DNA of 64,000 nt from Balamuthia mandrillaris (Eukaryota), in the NCBI GenBank assembly GCA_031835245.2, contig JAVKOQ020000005.1:372001-436000 (forward strand), given 5' to 3'. The notes below the pieces were generated by a model. The model was given only the letters and a program-made list of their open reading frames with translations, did not search any database and was not told where the DNA came from. The first letter of the stretch is position 1. Each line of letters starts with the position of its first letter. Positions 24,198 through 37,032 of the stretch are shown here, one piece after another. The position numbers and the translations under genes are program-made.

Positions 24198-27100
24198 TTA
24201 CGGCAATGGATGGATAGTGGCAGGTAAGTAATGCGTGCTGGTTGTCTTCCGAACGAGAACCATCACCTGGGTCTTCTTCTTGTTGTTGTTATTGCTGCTG
24301 TTGGTGGAGGCAGAAAATGCAGAAGAGAGCAAAAGCTGGGCGCAACAGAACGCTTGGGCGTTGCCTCTTCCTTTGGAGAAGGAGAAGCCGCCGGAAGTCA
24401 CCCTCCCCACTAATCGTCTTCTTCGTGGTGCGCCCTTTTGTTCCATTTTGTGCCAGTAAGCAAAGCTGAAAGCGAAGCGAGAGAAAAAGAAAGAAGGAAG
24501 GGAGAAAGAACCTCTTTTTGGCGTTGTACTTCTTGCTTGGCCCAAAGGGCTGGGTCCTGCGTGAGCGCGTCCTCATCCTCAGGCAGAGGGAGATAGAGCA
24601 AGGAATTCCAGGAAGGCGTTCCTCTGTGCAGCATACGAACCTCCACTCGCACCAAACACAAGGGAAAGGAGGTCGGTAACGATGAAGAGGGAGAAGAAGA
24701 CGTTGAGGATGCGTCTTGTCGATGTTGCTTGAACAAGGCAAGCGCTTGCTCTCCTCGTAGCACATAGAAAGGAACTTCCGCTTCCTCCTCTGCTGTTTCT
24801 TTCACCCCTTTCTCTTTATCTTCCTCCATTACTGCTGCTTCTTTCTCTTCTTCCTCCTCCTCTTCTTCGTTCTTTCTCTTCAACACACGCAACGTTGAAG
24901 TAGATAATCCCTCCTTCTCTCCTGCATCTTTTGCTTCCTTCTCCTCTCCTCCTTCCAAACAACAATACTGAGAGAGCAACAGAGAAGTCCAACGCGGATG
25001 AAAGGGGGACGCCACCTCTAGCTCCTTGAAATTAGGCCGCTTTGCTGGCGGTCGCTTCAAGTGCTCCTCTCGTAGTTGTTGCTCCACTCGCTCACTATGC
25101 AGCGCATGAGCGATGGTGTCGGGATAGTCCTCTGGAAAGGAGCACTCGCCTCGTTCGGTGGCCGCTGCGTGGCGTTCTTGCAGAGCGATGGCTCTGGCAC
25201 CGGCGTAGATGAAGCTCTTCCAAAAGGGCATGGCCCATCCGCTTGGAAGAATGATGTCCCATCCGATGATATTATGTTTGACTCCTTGTTTTGTTCTTCG
25301 TTCAATGAGGAGAATGTCGATCTCTCTAGGAACTTTTGTTTTTGTGGTTTCTGTGTCCATTTCCATTTCATCTTCTTTCTTTGGCCTTTCGTCATTCGCT
25401 TCTTTCACTCCTTCTTGCTTAGATGCTAGTGAAAGTCCGACTGTGATACTATCTCTCTTTTGTTTGGCCACTTCGCCATCCGAAGGAACATCCGTTGAAA
25501 GAGCAGCACGAGCAGCATCGTTCCATAGCGCGGAGGAGCAAAATGCAGACTTCTGTAACGCGTCTTCGTTTTCGTTCTCCTTCAAACCTTTTTCATTTTG
25601 TAGACGTTGAACTAGTTGAGCTTGTTTTTTTGGTGGTGGAGGAGGAAAAGTCCAACGTGGATCTTTCACACGAAGAGCAATCACTCTTTCTCCGTTTTTG
25701 GAAGAAGAGGAGGAAGAAGCAGCAGCAGCAGAAGCTGTTTTCGGCTTTTTGCGGATATCGTTGCGGCCGAGAGAGAGCCACAGCTGTTCGACAGTCAGTG
25801 GAAAATCTTTGTTGTTGTCTGTTGAGACAATGCTCTGGAATAGGACTGAGGTGATGCAAGTATGAGAAAGAGGGCCTCTTAATTCAAACAGTAACAGTTC
25901 CTCTTTCATAGACGTGACTTGCACTATAAAAAGACGGAGTTAGAATCATAAAGAAGAAGGAGAAGAACAAGAAGAAGAACAAGAAGAAGAACAAGAAGAA
26001 GAAGAAGAAGAAGAAGAAGAAGAAGAAGAAGAAGAAGAAGAAAAAAGAACAAGAAGAAGAAGAAGAAGAAGAACAAGAAGAAGAAGAAGAAGAAGAAGAA
26101 CAAGAAGAAGAAGAACAAGAAGAACAAGAAGAAGAACAAGAAGAAGAACAAGAAGAACAAGAAGAGGGAGGAGGAGAAGAAGAAGTACCGTTGTGCTTGG
26201 GCGCTACGCTCTGTAAAACTGCACACAATCGCTCAAAGGCAGCAGGATGGACCCACATCCAAATTCTTCTCTCGTCATCTTTTCCTCCTGCTTCCTTCTC
26301 CTTCTCCTTTTCTTCTTTTTCCTCTTTTGGTCCCCACAAATACTGAGCAGGGCAAATAGCTCCAAAGGGAGCTCTTCCTGGAGAATAAAGCATAACACTT
26401 CCTCTGTGCGTTCCATCTTCCAGAAAACTTAAAGAGTTGGTGTCTTCTTCTTTGTGTTTGGTGTTATCGTGAAGAATCATCGAAGAAAGTAGTCGCAACA
26501 AATCTTGTTGATGGCCATTCAGTTGAAGACAACCGATGTACGAAGCGTCATGAATGGTGCATAGATGAACGTCAGCGCGATAACATGCCCTTGCTCCTTT
26601 GTCCGTTGGAGTAACCGACTGTTTTATTGTCGAATGTGAGAAAGAAGCAAGAAGAAAGAAGAAAAGGAAGAAAAAGAGACCAAGCGAAAGCCCCAAAGGT
26701 TATCCATGTGCATGCGCTTAGCGTGCCAAATGTGAGTTTCCAACCAACGAAAAGTGCGTTGCCGACGTTCGTAGTCCTGCAGCAAAAACTTGGGTCGACG
26801 CTTGTGTTTTCTATGTCTTTTGGTGGTTGTACTCCCTTTTGGTGGTTCTCCTGATGCTGCCATCTTTTGTTGTTTTGTTTTTGTTCAAAAGAGAGCAGAA
26901 AGCAAACAAGAAGCAGAGAGCAGGGACAGCAGAGAACGAGAAAGAAGAGAGAAGAGAATGACGAAGGAAACGACGAAGAGAATGAAGAGAGAAGCAGAGT
27001 GACGTGGAGCAGAGTGCGGACCGGGAAGAAAGAGATACAAACAAAGAGGGAGAGAGAGAACGGAGAACATACCTCTCGTTTAGCAGCTTGACGCAGCCGA

Positions 27101-27500
27101 ACGGGGATGCGATAGACGTTATGGCTCATGGCCCTTCGACGCAGGTGTCGCGGCAAGGTCTGAAAGGCGCGCTTCGTGCCGGTGAAGCCCTCCACCGTTT
27201 TCGTCAGCGACTGCAGCTCCTTGGCTCGCGCTTGCACAAACTCTTCCACAGTGAGAACACGCGGTGAAGCCGATTCGATCGCTGCATTCGTAATTTTGTC
27301 AAAGAGAATGAAAAGGATTTCGAAGATCAAAAAATCAAAATAAATAAGTACGTTTGAGGACATCGGGAGGAGGATGTCGGCCTCGGATGCTGGCTTCCAA
27401 GGCAGCCACATTCCTTTTCTTTGGAGCGTTCGTCGAGTTCGCTCCAGCTGCTTTCCCCTCTTCCTCCACCTCGGACCCCGCCGCCGCCACGGTTCGACAT
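24198..27500 (-). CDS. POP1: RNase P/MRP protein subunit POP1
   Basis: RAFQTLPRHLRRRAMSHN, WLETHIWHAKRMHM, IHDASY, GWDIILPSGW, FPEDYPD and GRVTSGGFS motifs. Apparent indel in exon 1 near 27477-27490. Confidence 0.93.
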
Positions 27501-27739
27501 CTTTTTCTTTTCTTTTCTTTTCCGTAGTTTTCTATTATCCTAATAGATATTTTTATTTATGTTGAATAAATAATATAGTTCGTTCAATTTGTTCCAACCT
27601 CTTACAAAGCTTTTTCATTCAGGATATAATGCGCTTTGAGCACAATCTCGCTTTTCGAAAATATTTATTCTATTATCTAAATAGAATTTGTTAGTTAATT
27701 AATGTTCTAGCGTTCACCTATTATGATATGATGTTACCC

Positions 27740-28110
27740 TTACGTCGAATTCCTATTGCTGCTCCGTTGTCGACATTTCTTCATCTTCTTTGCTGAGCCT
27801 GAAGCAACCTTGCCTTGGTCCCCCCTTCCCCTTCCGCTTACTCTCCTTCGTTTCTCTTTTCTCTTTTGGGTTCTCTTCTCTTCCTCATCGTGTGTGTGTG
27901 ACAGCCGGCCAAACGAAATGATACCCGTGCTCCGTGGCCCATCTCACGAAGTCGTAATGGCCGTTGGCTGTCCAGCCGTGCATACTGCAGCGCAGCCACT
28001 GAGGAGAAAACCCACCTCATGGAGAACGTCCGCCTTCGCCACCGGTCGCTGCAGGCGTACCATCTTCTGCAGGGCTTTTCGCGGCCGGGGCGATGCATGG
28101 GGAAGGGCAG
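27740..28110 (-). pseudogene. Possible frameshifted ankyrin-repeat gene relic
   Basis: Adjacent frames give VLHEVGFLLSGCAAVCTA and TANGHYDFVRWATEHGYHF, then a basic tail (SKRKGKGDQGKVASGSAKKMKK). Confidence 0.35.
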
Positions 28111-28168
28111 CATTTAAACTGACTTTACGCTTTCTTTTTTTTTTTGTTTTTCTTTTATACAAAACAAA

Positions 28169-28405
28169 CTAACACAACAAACACCCATCTTTATCTTTGT
28201 CTTTGTGTCTGGGAGAGGGAGGACGTTGTTGCTTGCCATTCCCTTTCTTTGAGGATTTGCTGTTGCGAGGCCGTTCTCTGCTTTCTCTCAGCGCCTCCTC
28301 TCTTCGTTCCTGTTGTCTTATCTCTCTTTGTTGAAGCTTGAACGCCAGTTGATAGTCATCCCTAAACATTGTTCATTTGTTAGTTTTGTTTAATGAGAGA
28401 GCGCG

Positions 28406-28450
<45 letters not shown>

Positions 28451-29690
28451 ACAAGGAAAGAGAGGAACAAATTGAATGAACGATAAGAGAAAGGAAGAAA
28501 AGAAATAGAGAATATAAAAGAATAGACAGAAAGAGAAAAAGTACTCTGTATCAGCGCTAGCAACAGAGGAAGCAAGAAGGGCATCTGCCGAGAACACCGA
28601 GTCATCAGCAATAACAGGTTTAACTGGCCGGAAGGTGGCTGTCATGAAGACCGCATCGCCATCGATCTGGTTGAGCTTCTCCCACACGATCGAACTGTCC
28701 AAATAACCCAAGTCTGTTGCCAACAAATAAAGCTCTCCTTTGCGTTTGGTTAACGTTGAAAAGTGATTGTTCCTGTGTTTGGTTTTTTTTTGTTTCTTCA
28801 ATGTGAGAACGAAGGTTTTCAGTAGAAACAGGACACGGCGAAGAGAGTAGAGGAAAACGAGAAGAGGAAAAAGGAAAGCAAAAGAAGAACAAGAGGAATA
28901 ATAATTAAGGAGAGATAAGAAAAACCTGAAAAAGACACACAACTCCCTTTCATTGATGCCTTGATGCAACTCTACAAGACCGTGATAGGTCAGCTGGCTG
29001 GGCGTTTCGGCAAGGAATCTCTGCACGATAGCTCCTTGCCTCAATGTCTCTCGTTGCTCTGGGGTTAACTTGTCGAAATCCGGAAGTGCTGTCGTTGTAA
29101 TTTTGCTCTCAGTTGTCGTTTGTGTTGCGTCTTTCTCTTTCTCTTTCTCTTCTTCGCTTTCCTCTCCTTTTTCTGTCCCTTCTACTTCTTCGTTTTCTTC
29201 TTTGCTGTTCGCTGTTTTCTTTCTAGTTTGTGGAGTAGAAGAGGACGAAGAAGGTTCAACCCCCATCAATGTGTTATATCCCACCAACTTTTCCAGCATT
29301 TGGTTGTAGGATAGTTGCGAGAGGACTTCTGTTGTTTCGACATTTTGTGGGTCTGGCAGCCATCCATGCACTAAGTTTATGTTCAATAGATCGAAAATGA
29401 GACATTCTCTTGTAAACTAAATTGCGTGAAATAATGAAGAAGTATCAGTAACAGTAAAATAACTGAATATTATGAGTATAGAAAGAAGAAGAAAAAAAGA
29501 ATAAAGAATAAAGAAGAAGAAATAAGAACAATAGAGAGAGAAAAAAGAAAGCAGGAAGCAGAAAGAAAGAAGAAGAGAGGTGCAGGTGGAAGCACAAGCA
29601 CGTTACCTCAAAATCTCGGATCCCTCGGAACCGAACGTTTACATCGAGGCCTGTTCACCAGGAAGATAATGTTACCAATTACATTAATAG

Positions 29691-29736
<46 letters not shown>

Positions 29737-31051
29737 GATGTATTTACCCACAGCGAGCTGAGGAAGCATAGAGAGAGCATCAGCGCAATTGCGTTGATAG
29801 CTGGCGAGCATTTCCTTGTCTTTCTGTACATTTTCCTATTCCAAGAGAGACTCCAAATATTAGCAAAACAGGAAGAGAGAGAGAGAGAGAGAGACTTACT
29901 GGTATTTTAAGAGAGGTAATGTGCTGTGCAATGAGAGAGATGAGGTCTGTGGTGGTGATACGAGGATAGTCCGGGTGGATGAATATCTGCCCCGTCAGCA
30001 ATAGTATATTGCCTACAAGGACAAAAAAGAAAAATAATGTGGATATGAGTGAGAACAGGCGAAAGAGAGAAGCAAAGAAGAAGAAGAAGAAGAAGAAGAA
30101 GAAGAAGAAGAAGAAGAAGAAGAAGAAGAAGAAGAAGAAGAAGAAGAACAAGAAGAAGAAGAAGAAGAAGAAGAAGAAGAAGAACAAGAAGAAGAAGAAG
30201 AAGAAGAAGAAGAAGAAGAAGAAGAAGAAGAAGAAGAAGAAGAAGAAGAGAAGAAGAAGAAGAAGAAGAACAAGAAAAGAAGAAGAAGAAGAAGAAGAAG
30301 AAGAAGAAGAAGAAGAACAAGAAGAAGAACAAGAAGAAGAAGAAGAAGAAGAAGAAGAAAGAAGAAGAAGAAGAAGAAGAACAAGAAGAAGAAGAAGAAG
30401 AAGAAGAAGAAGAAGAAGAAGAAGAAGAACAAGAAGAACAAAGAAGAAAGAAGAAGAAGAAGAAGAAGAAGAAGAACAAGAAGAAGAAGAAGAAGAAGAA
30501 GAAGAAGAAGAAGAAGAAGAAGAAGAAGAACAACAACAACAACAACAAGAAGAACAAGAAGAAGAACAACAAGAAGAACAACAAGAAGAAGAAGAACAAC
30601 AACAACAACAAAAGACAACATAAGACAACAACATAAGACAACAACAAGAAGGAGAACAAGAAGAAGAAGGAGAAGAAGACGAGCAAGAGCAGAGAGCAGA
30701 GAGCAGAGAGCAGAGAGCAGAGAGCAGAGAGCAGAGAGCAGAGAGCAGAGAGCAGAGAGCAGAGAGCAAGAAGAGCAAGTAGAGAGCACAGCCAGAGAAA
30801 CATAGGGAGCTCGTACTGATGGCCAACAGGGGGCAGGGACCGTTCTCGTTTTGAAGGATGATGGGAAACTCGCGTTTTCCCAAGCGTATGGGCTTCAGCC
30901 GAAACGACAGTTCCTCCATGCCAACACTGCTGGTCGCTGCAGTGGTTGCTGCTGTCGAAGCGCCAGGACCAGGCGCCTTGTTCTCGCTGTCACCACTCGT
31001 CTCCTCTCCTTTGTCTGACGATGTTGTTTTGGTGGTGGTTGCTTCTGCCAT
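28169..31051 (-). CDS. MINDY-1/2 family deubiquitinase
   Basis: IILQNENGPCPLLAI, LVHGWLPDPQ, SQLTYHGL, VFFRNNHFST and LATDLGY motifs, MIU-like DYQLAFKLQQRE, and C-terminal CaaX-like CLLC. Confidence 0.93.
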
Positions 31052-31164
31052 TGTTGTGGCTGGGATGTGCACAAATACACACACAAGTGGAACTGACTTG
31101 GGGGAGAGGAGGAGGAGAAATAAAAAAAGCAAACAAAAAAAAAAAAAGAGAACCAGAAGAATCG

Positions 31165-31198
<34 letters not shown>

Positions 31199-31436
31199 CT
31201 GCTGTCACTCAAAGAGAGAAAAAGATTTGTTTAGGCTCTCTCTTCGGGCATTGGATTGCTGACGTGGTATTAATCGTCGACACGTCGGCGCTAAATACAC
31301 AAGGAAGGTGACGTCACCTTCCCGCCAAAATATTTGAAGGAATCATGGAAGAAACCAACGCAAGGAAGAATGGCAGGATGCCCTTTAAAAAAAAGAGTGC
31401 ATACACCCAAAAAAAAAAAAAATAAAAAACAGAAAA

Positions 31437-31467
<31 letters not shown>

Positions 31468-31490
31468 ACAAAAAAACATAAATAAAAGGG

Positions 31491-31609
31491 AGGATACAGC
31501 ACGATGGATTCCCGGGTGGTCACCCACCCCAGTACTAACATCGCCTGGCGGAGCTTAACTTCGCTGATCGGACGGGAAGCGGTGCTTTCTCCGCAGTATG
31601 GCCGTATCC
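31491..31609 (-). rRNA. 5S rRNA, copy 1
   Basis: 119 nt GGATACGGCCATAC...GCTGTATCCT with internal AAGTTAAGC and TAGTACTGGG, followed by a T-run. Confidence 0.97.
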
Positions 31610-31835
31610 GACCGTTGCCACTCTCTCTCTCTTGCAGTATGGTATGCTGCATCCGTCCGTTTACCGCCCCCCCCCCCCCTCGCCGCCCTCCGCCCTCCCC
31701 CTTTCTTCCTGTCGCTGTTCTGTCTTTGCTCGCCGGTGGTTTTTGCGGACCATTTCGGTGTCGACACGGATGCTTCCGCTTTTGTGACGACACGAAAGGC
31801 CACGTCAGCGACCAAAAACAAGGCCAAAAGGAGAG

Positions 31836-32904
31836 ATGGAGTGTTGGTTGTGTTGGGGCACGCTGGTTGCCGTTGCTCTCTGTGCAGCGGCTCGGTTGGT
31901 TTGGATAGTGCCTCTCTTTCGGAGGGGGAGGGGGAGGGGGAGAGGAAGCAGCGCCAAAACCACGACCACGCCAACGCACCAAGACGAACCGCGCCCATGG
32001 GCACGTACGCCAAAGAAAAGACGGACGGGAGAGACGGTGAAAACCATGGTGGTGCTGGGCTCCGGCGGACACACCGCTGAGATGCTGACCCTCCTGCGGA
32101 GCATGGACTGCCACGCGCGCTACACGCCTCGCCTCTACGTCATCGCCAGCACCGACGGCCACAGCAAGACCAAAATGTCTCAATTCGAAGAGTCTCTGAT
32201 GCAGCAGCGGCACAAAGCCTCTTCCTCTTCTTCTGCTTCTTCCTCGTTGGGTTATGCTACTTATTTGGTGCCACGCAGTCGTGAGGTCGGTCAGTCCTAC
32301 CTGTCTTCTGTGTGGACCACTGCCTATGCTTTTGTTTACTCGGTGGCCATCGTGCTGAGAACCATGCCCGACCTCGTACGCCTCCTCCTCCCTTGTTTGC
32401 TTGTCTTCTCGTGTGAACTTATCTTTTGTGTGGGAAACACGAAAAAAAAAAAGATACTGTGCAACGGACCGGGCACTTGTGTTCCCATTTGTGTAGCTGC
32501 TTACATACCAAAGGTTGCTCTCTTTTGTTTCTCCTCTTCTTCTTCTTCTTCTTGTTGTTCTTCTTCTTCTTCTTCTTCTTCTTCTTCTTGTTCTTGTTCT
32601 TCTTCTTCTTGTTCTTCTTCTTCTTCTTCTTCTTCTTCTTCTTCTTCTTGTTCTTCTTCTTCTTCTCCTTCTTCTTCTTCTTCTTAGTTATTGTGACCAG
32701 AAAAGAGCTAAGTGTGTTTTATTATATCAGTTCTTTGGATGGAAGCATATCACGCTAGTTTACGTGGAAAGCTTGTGTCGAGTGAAGAGCTTATCTCTGA
32801 GCGGGCGGTTATTGGCCCCTCTTGTGGATCACTTCTTTGTACAATGGCCTCAACTGCTGCCCCGCAGTCCCGCTGGCACGCTCTATCTCGGTCGGCTGTG
32901 CTGA
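31836..32904 (+). CDS. ALG14: UDP-GlcNAc transferase subunit ALG14
   Basis: TMVVLGSGGHTAEM, PRSREVGQS, ILCNGPGTCVP, VYVESLCRV and FFVQWP motifs. Confidence 0.95.
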
Positions 32905-32970
32905 TCTTCCATCCCTTTCTTTCTATCCGTCTTCTCCCTCCCTTTCATCGTCGTTCTACTCTTCTTGCTT

Positions 32971-33612
32971 TTATCTCCACCACCTCCTTCGATAGAGCCA
33001 CCAAAGAGCGACGCCGTTGCCCACCACAAAGCAACCACGAAGAACCGCTCTGCAAGGCCCCGCGTCAGGCACCAACAGCGCCAACAGCAAAGAGGGCACC
33101 ACCAACCACCTCCTCACACTCTCTTGAGACCAGCCAAATAAACTGTGTTGGGCGAGTAACGCTTGGGGTTGAGACGATGGGTTGCTTGTGGGGTGCGTGT
33201 TGTGAGGGATCCGCGTGTAGAGCGTGGTTTTGAAGCGTACATCAAAGTGGAGGATGAGCCAAAGCGCCAACAAAGCCACAGCCGCACAGCTCAAAATGTT
33301 AAAGGGGAGAGAGGAAGAGGATTGGAGGTAGTCACCGAGCAGCGTGGCAGAATAGGGGATCAGGAGGAAGAAGAGGCAGTACTGGAGGACGAGGTCGCCG
33401 TACTCCTCGCCCACCGCTCCGGGGCTGCCGCCAGTGATGGCCGCCATGACCATCACCCAGGCCACAGCCAACGCCACGCCCAAGTGCAACAACAAGCCTA
33501 CCACCGCAGCGCTGATCATGGTCAAGCCGCTAACCTCCTTCCTGCCGCCCAAATGATGAGAAAAGAAATGGCGAAGGAAACCAGGACAGCAAAGAATGTC
33601 CGTGGGCTTCAC
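32971..33612 (-). CDS. Hypothetical multi-pass membrane protein (start uncertain)
   Basis: Intronless GC-rich ORF with several hydrophobic segments. No family recognised. Confidence 0.45.
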   Translation of the reverse strand: MKPTDILCCPGFLRHFFSHHLGGRKEVSGLTMISAAVVGLLLHLGVALAVAWVMVMAAITGGSPGAVGEEYGDLVLQYCLFFLLIPYSATLLGDYLQSSSSLPFNILSCAAVALLALWLILHFDVRFKTTLYTRIPHNTHPTSNPSSQPQALLAQHSLFGWSQESVRRWLVVPSLLLALLVPDAGPCRAVLRGCFVVGNGVALWWLYRRRWWR

Positions 33613-33718
33613 TCACAAGGGACCGCTGCCAAAGCAAACCATTGGGCATTGGTCAAATGCCGTTCTTTGTTTTTTTTGGTATATTACAGCTGCAAATAAA
33701 GCGATCTGATTTCAACAA

Positions 33719-33790
33719 GGTTCCATGGTGTAGTGGTATCACGTTCGCCTCACACGCGAAAGGTCACGAGATCGAAACTCGTTGGAACCA
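33719..33790 (+). tRNA. tRNA-Val (CAC)
   Basis: Acceptor GGTTCCA/TGGAACC, anticodon arm TTCGC-CTCACAC-GCGAA, T arm ACGAG-ATCGAAA-CTCGT, and a downstream T6 run. Confidence 0.95.
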
Positions 33791-34014
33791 ACAATTTTTT
33801 ATTCCAGGTAATGTTTTTTGCTTCCAAGCAAACCGAAGGGAGGAAGGCACTGCCCCTTCCCTGCTCTAACCCACACCCCTTTCAAGATTTGACCTCTCTG
33901 CCAAAAAGCGCGATAAGTCGGCTGGCGGCCCTCACTCTACTCTCGTACATCTGAGGCAAACTCCTCTGCCACTGCCCTTCTACTGAGAGAGCTGAGGTCC
34001 CTAGTGTTTTGTTA

Positions 34015-35162
34015 TTATAGACTAAGTTCTTCCTCCTCCTTCTCCACCTCCGCCTTCAGCTCGCCAAGGTGACGATTTGGACAGAGAATGGCTCGGCCTA
34101 CTATGGATCCGCCTCTCAACTCTTCCAATGCTGTTGTCGCGGAGGAAAGACTATCGTACTTGCGCGTGATGAGAGGCCGAAACGAGTGCTGATGCCTGCT
34201 GAGAAGAGCCACCAATTCCACCAATTCCTCATAACTTCCTGTATGAACACCTTTTTGAAGAAAACATGGTTACAAAAAAGAAAAGAACAGGAAAGGAAAG
34301 GAAAGGAAAGGAAAAGAAAGAAAAGAAAAGAAAAGAAAAGAAAAGAAAAGAAAAGAAAAGAAAAGAAAAGAAAAGAAAAGAAAAGAAAAGAAAAGAAAAG
34401 AAAAGAAAAGAAAAGAAAAGAAAAGAAAAGAAAAAGCAAAGCAAAGCAAAGAAAAAAGAAAAAGGATTGTGAAAAGTGAGAAAGACGGAAACCTTGAATG
34501 GTCAAGGCGCGAAGAGGAACAAACGGAATGGGGATTTGGGCCTCTCCTCCCAACAAGCCTACCACTAAAAGCTTTCCGTTCTTTCGCAACACAGAGACGG
34601 CCAGATCGATGGTTGAAGGAGCACCTACGAAATCTTTTTGTTCAAAGAGAGTTGAGAATGAGAGAGTCCGCGAAGAGAAGTGAGAGGCAACTTTAACTTC
34701 AATTCTTTTTGTGTTCAAGAAGCACATGCAACGAAGAAACATAATAACATAACGAAAAAAAAAACACATAATAGAGAAAACTAACCAATGATGCATTCTG
34801 GTCCTTTTCCATCGTTACATAAGCTTCGAATGTCTTTCTCAAGTTCTGTATTTGTCTGTAGTTTAAAAGTACAGGCTTGAGAATCACAAAGAAAGAAGCA
34901 ATGAGGGAAAGATGACCTTTGAATTGAAAACAAAGGTTGCGCCCGCCTCTTTGGCAGCTTCAAGCTTCTTATCATCGATATCAACGCAAATGATTGGAGA
35001 GTGAAGCAATAACTTTGCCAACTTGAGAGCCATCATTCCTACTCCACCCATGCCTTTACTCCCAGGAAAAGATACAAAAAAATGAGAACAAACACGTGGA
35101 AAAAGAACATGGTAAACAAGAAAAACAAGGAAAAAAGAGAGAATGAGAGAATGAGAGAATAT

Positions 35163-35197
<35 letters not shown>

Positions 35198-36578
35198 AAG
35201 CAAATCAGAGAAGTGGACTAACCAATAAAAAGAATAAAATCTTTGGCGCTGACATTTGTGCGCTTCAAGGCAGAGAACGCGGTAAGTCCCGAACAGGGCA
35301 ACAAACAGGAGCTCTCGAGAGGCATGCCCTCCGGTAGCTTCACGACGTATCGCTCGTGCGGCACCCACACTTGCTGTGCGTAGCCACCTCTGTTGCTAAA
35401 ACCAATCTCTCGCGTGTGTCCTGTTTAAAGAAATAACAGTTAGGATGAAAGAGAAGGAAGCAACGAAGCAAAGAAGAATGAAGAATGAAGCAAGAAGAGG
35501 AGAGGAGAAAGCAGAAATAATGAAAGAAAGGAAACCAAAAAAAAAAATCAAAAGCGTACTACTGAACCATCGCATATGTTATCATGGCCCTGTCTACAAC
35601 GAGAGCAACTGCCACACCCGATCCACGGATAAACAACAACCTTATCGCCTGGCTGTACGGTGGTAACTTTTTCGCCCACTCGTTCGATGACTCCTGTTAC
35701 GGTGACAATAACAGACGAGTTACTCCACAGCCTTTTCTGAATGGTGAGCTTATTAGTTGAGAAAGAAAGAAGGCCACTAACCAGAGATCTCATGTCCTGT
35801 GATAGCATCGTTTGTTTATTTCTAACTTTCAGTTTTTCTTTTGTCATGAAGAAGATGATGAAGAAGAAGAAGAAGAAGAAGAAGAAGAAGAAGAAGAAGA
35901 AGAAGAAGAACAACAACAACAAGAAGAAGAAGAACAAGAAGAACAAGAAGAAGAAGAAGAAGAACAAGAAGAAGAACAAGAAGAAGAAGAGAAGAAGCAC
36001 AAGAAGAAGAACAAGAACAAGAAGACGAAGAAGAAGAAGAAGAAGAAGAAGAAGAAGAAGAAGAAGAAGAACAAGAAGAAGAAGAAGCACAAGAAGAAGA
36101 AGAAGAACAAGAAGAAGAAGAAGAACAAGAAGAACAAGAAAAAGAAGAACAAAAACAAGAAACAACAAGAAAGAAGGGTTTTTTGTTGATGAAGGTAGGA
36201 AGGAGCAAGAAGAAGAAGTAACAAGGAAGACAGAGCACACAACAAGGACAAGGGAGGAGTACCAGGAGTGAGAGGATAGTGTAATCCACGGCTGCTAAAC
36301 CTCCACATGCCCCTTCTTTCGCCAAGCGAGTACCCATCCTCCCAGACATGAACATCTAACATTCGATTCAAGAAATAGCAAGACTTTGAGAAGAGAAGTC
36401 ATCCAAATCCGTCAGAACAGAAACTCATCTCCAGCGGAAAGAACAATACTCCACCTGTGTGACAAACACCAACAGCGGATACCGACACGACCACTTGGCG
36501 CTTGGTCACCGTTGGGGCAGGCACCTCTCTGACCTCCAGCGGCTCCCCCGGCAGCACCACCTCCGCTACCTCGTTCAT
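34015..36578 (-). CDS. Zinc-dependent alcohol dehydrogenase (MDR family)
   Basis: GVCHTD, GHE, YPWIGCGSCSRCRQGHDNIC, ACLSRAP, DFVG and GRAIL motifs across the exons. Confidence 0.9.
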
Positions 36579-36725
36579 CTTTGATTTTGTTTTTGCTCGT
36601 TCGGAAGCTGCTCAATTGATTTACGTGACGACATGGAATTTGTGCTTTCATGTCGTCACAAAAGTTTATTCATGACGACACGAATTATATGCCTACCACA
36701 CTGCAAACAGAGGGTGATAACAGGC

Positions 36726-36844
36726 GGATACGGCCATACTGCGGAGAAAGCACCGCTTCCCGTCCGATCAGCGAAGTTAAGCTCCGCCAGGCGATGTTAG
36801 TACTGGGGTGGGTGACCACCCGGGAATCCATCGTGCTGTATCCT
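36726..36844 (+). rRNA. 5S rRNA, copy 2
   Basis: Identical to copy 1, followed by a T-run. Confidence 0.97.
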
Positions 36845-37032
36845 CCTCCCTTTTTTTTGTTTTTATCAAGCCTCGCCTTTTGTTTTTTTTTTTTGCTCCT
36901 TGCCGTTCTTATGGTTTTTGTTTCATCACTCCTTTCGTCCTTCTCTTCTCTCCTCCTGTCCTTGTTCTGTTGTTCCTGTTCTTAACCTTTGAGAGAGAGA
37001 GAGAGAAAAACGAAAACAATAAATTAAAAAAA

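Noticed and set aside
27946..28135. RNase P/MRP P4-like pairing (AAG-T-CGTAA with TTACG-CTT) beside POP1
   Set aside because: No P1 strand follows the 3' element, and the other conserved regions are not convincing.
29780..30803. Long poly-S/F/L/K/E/R ORFs here and at 6069-6686, 35548-36371, 45094-45963 and elsewhere
   Set aside because: They are translations of intronic (TTC/GAA)n and (CT)n microsatellites, which lack stop codons.
31504..31908. Recurrent peptide RIRPYCGESTASRPISEVKLRQ (and its antisense) in several ORFs
   Set aside because: It is a translation of the 5S rRNA copies, not a protein family.
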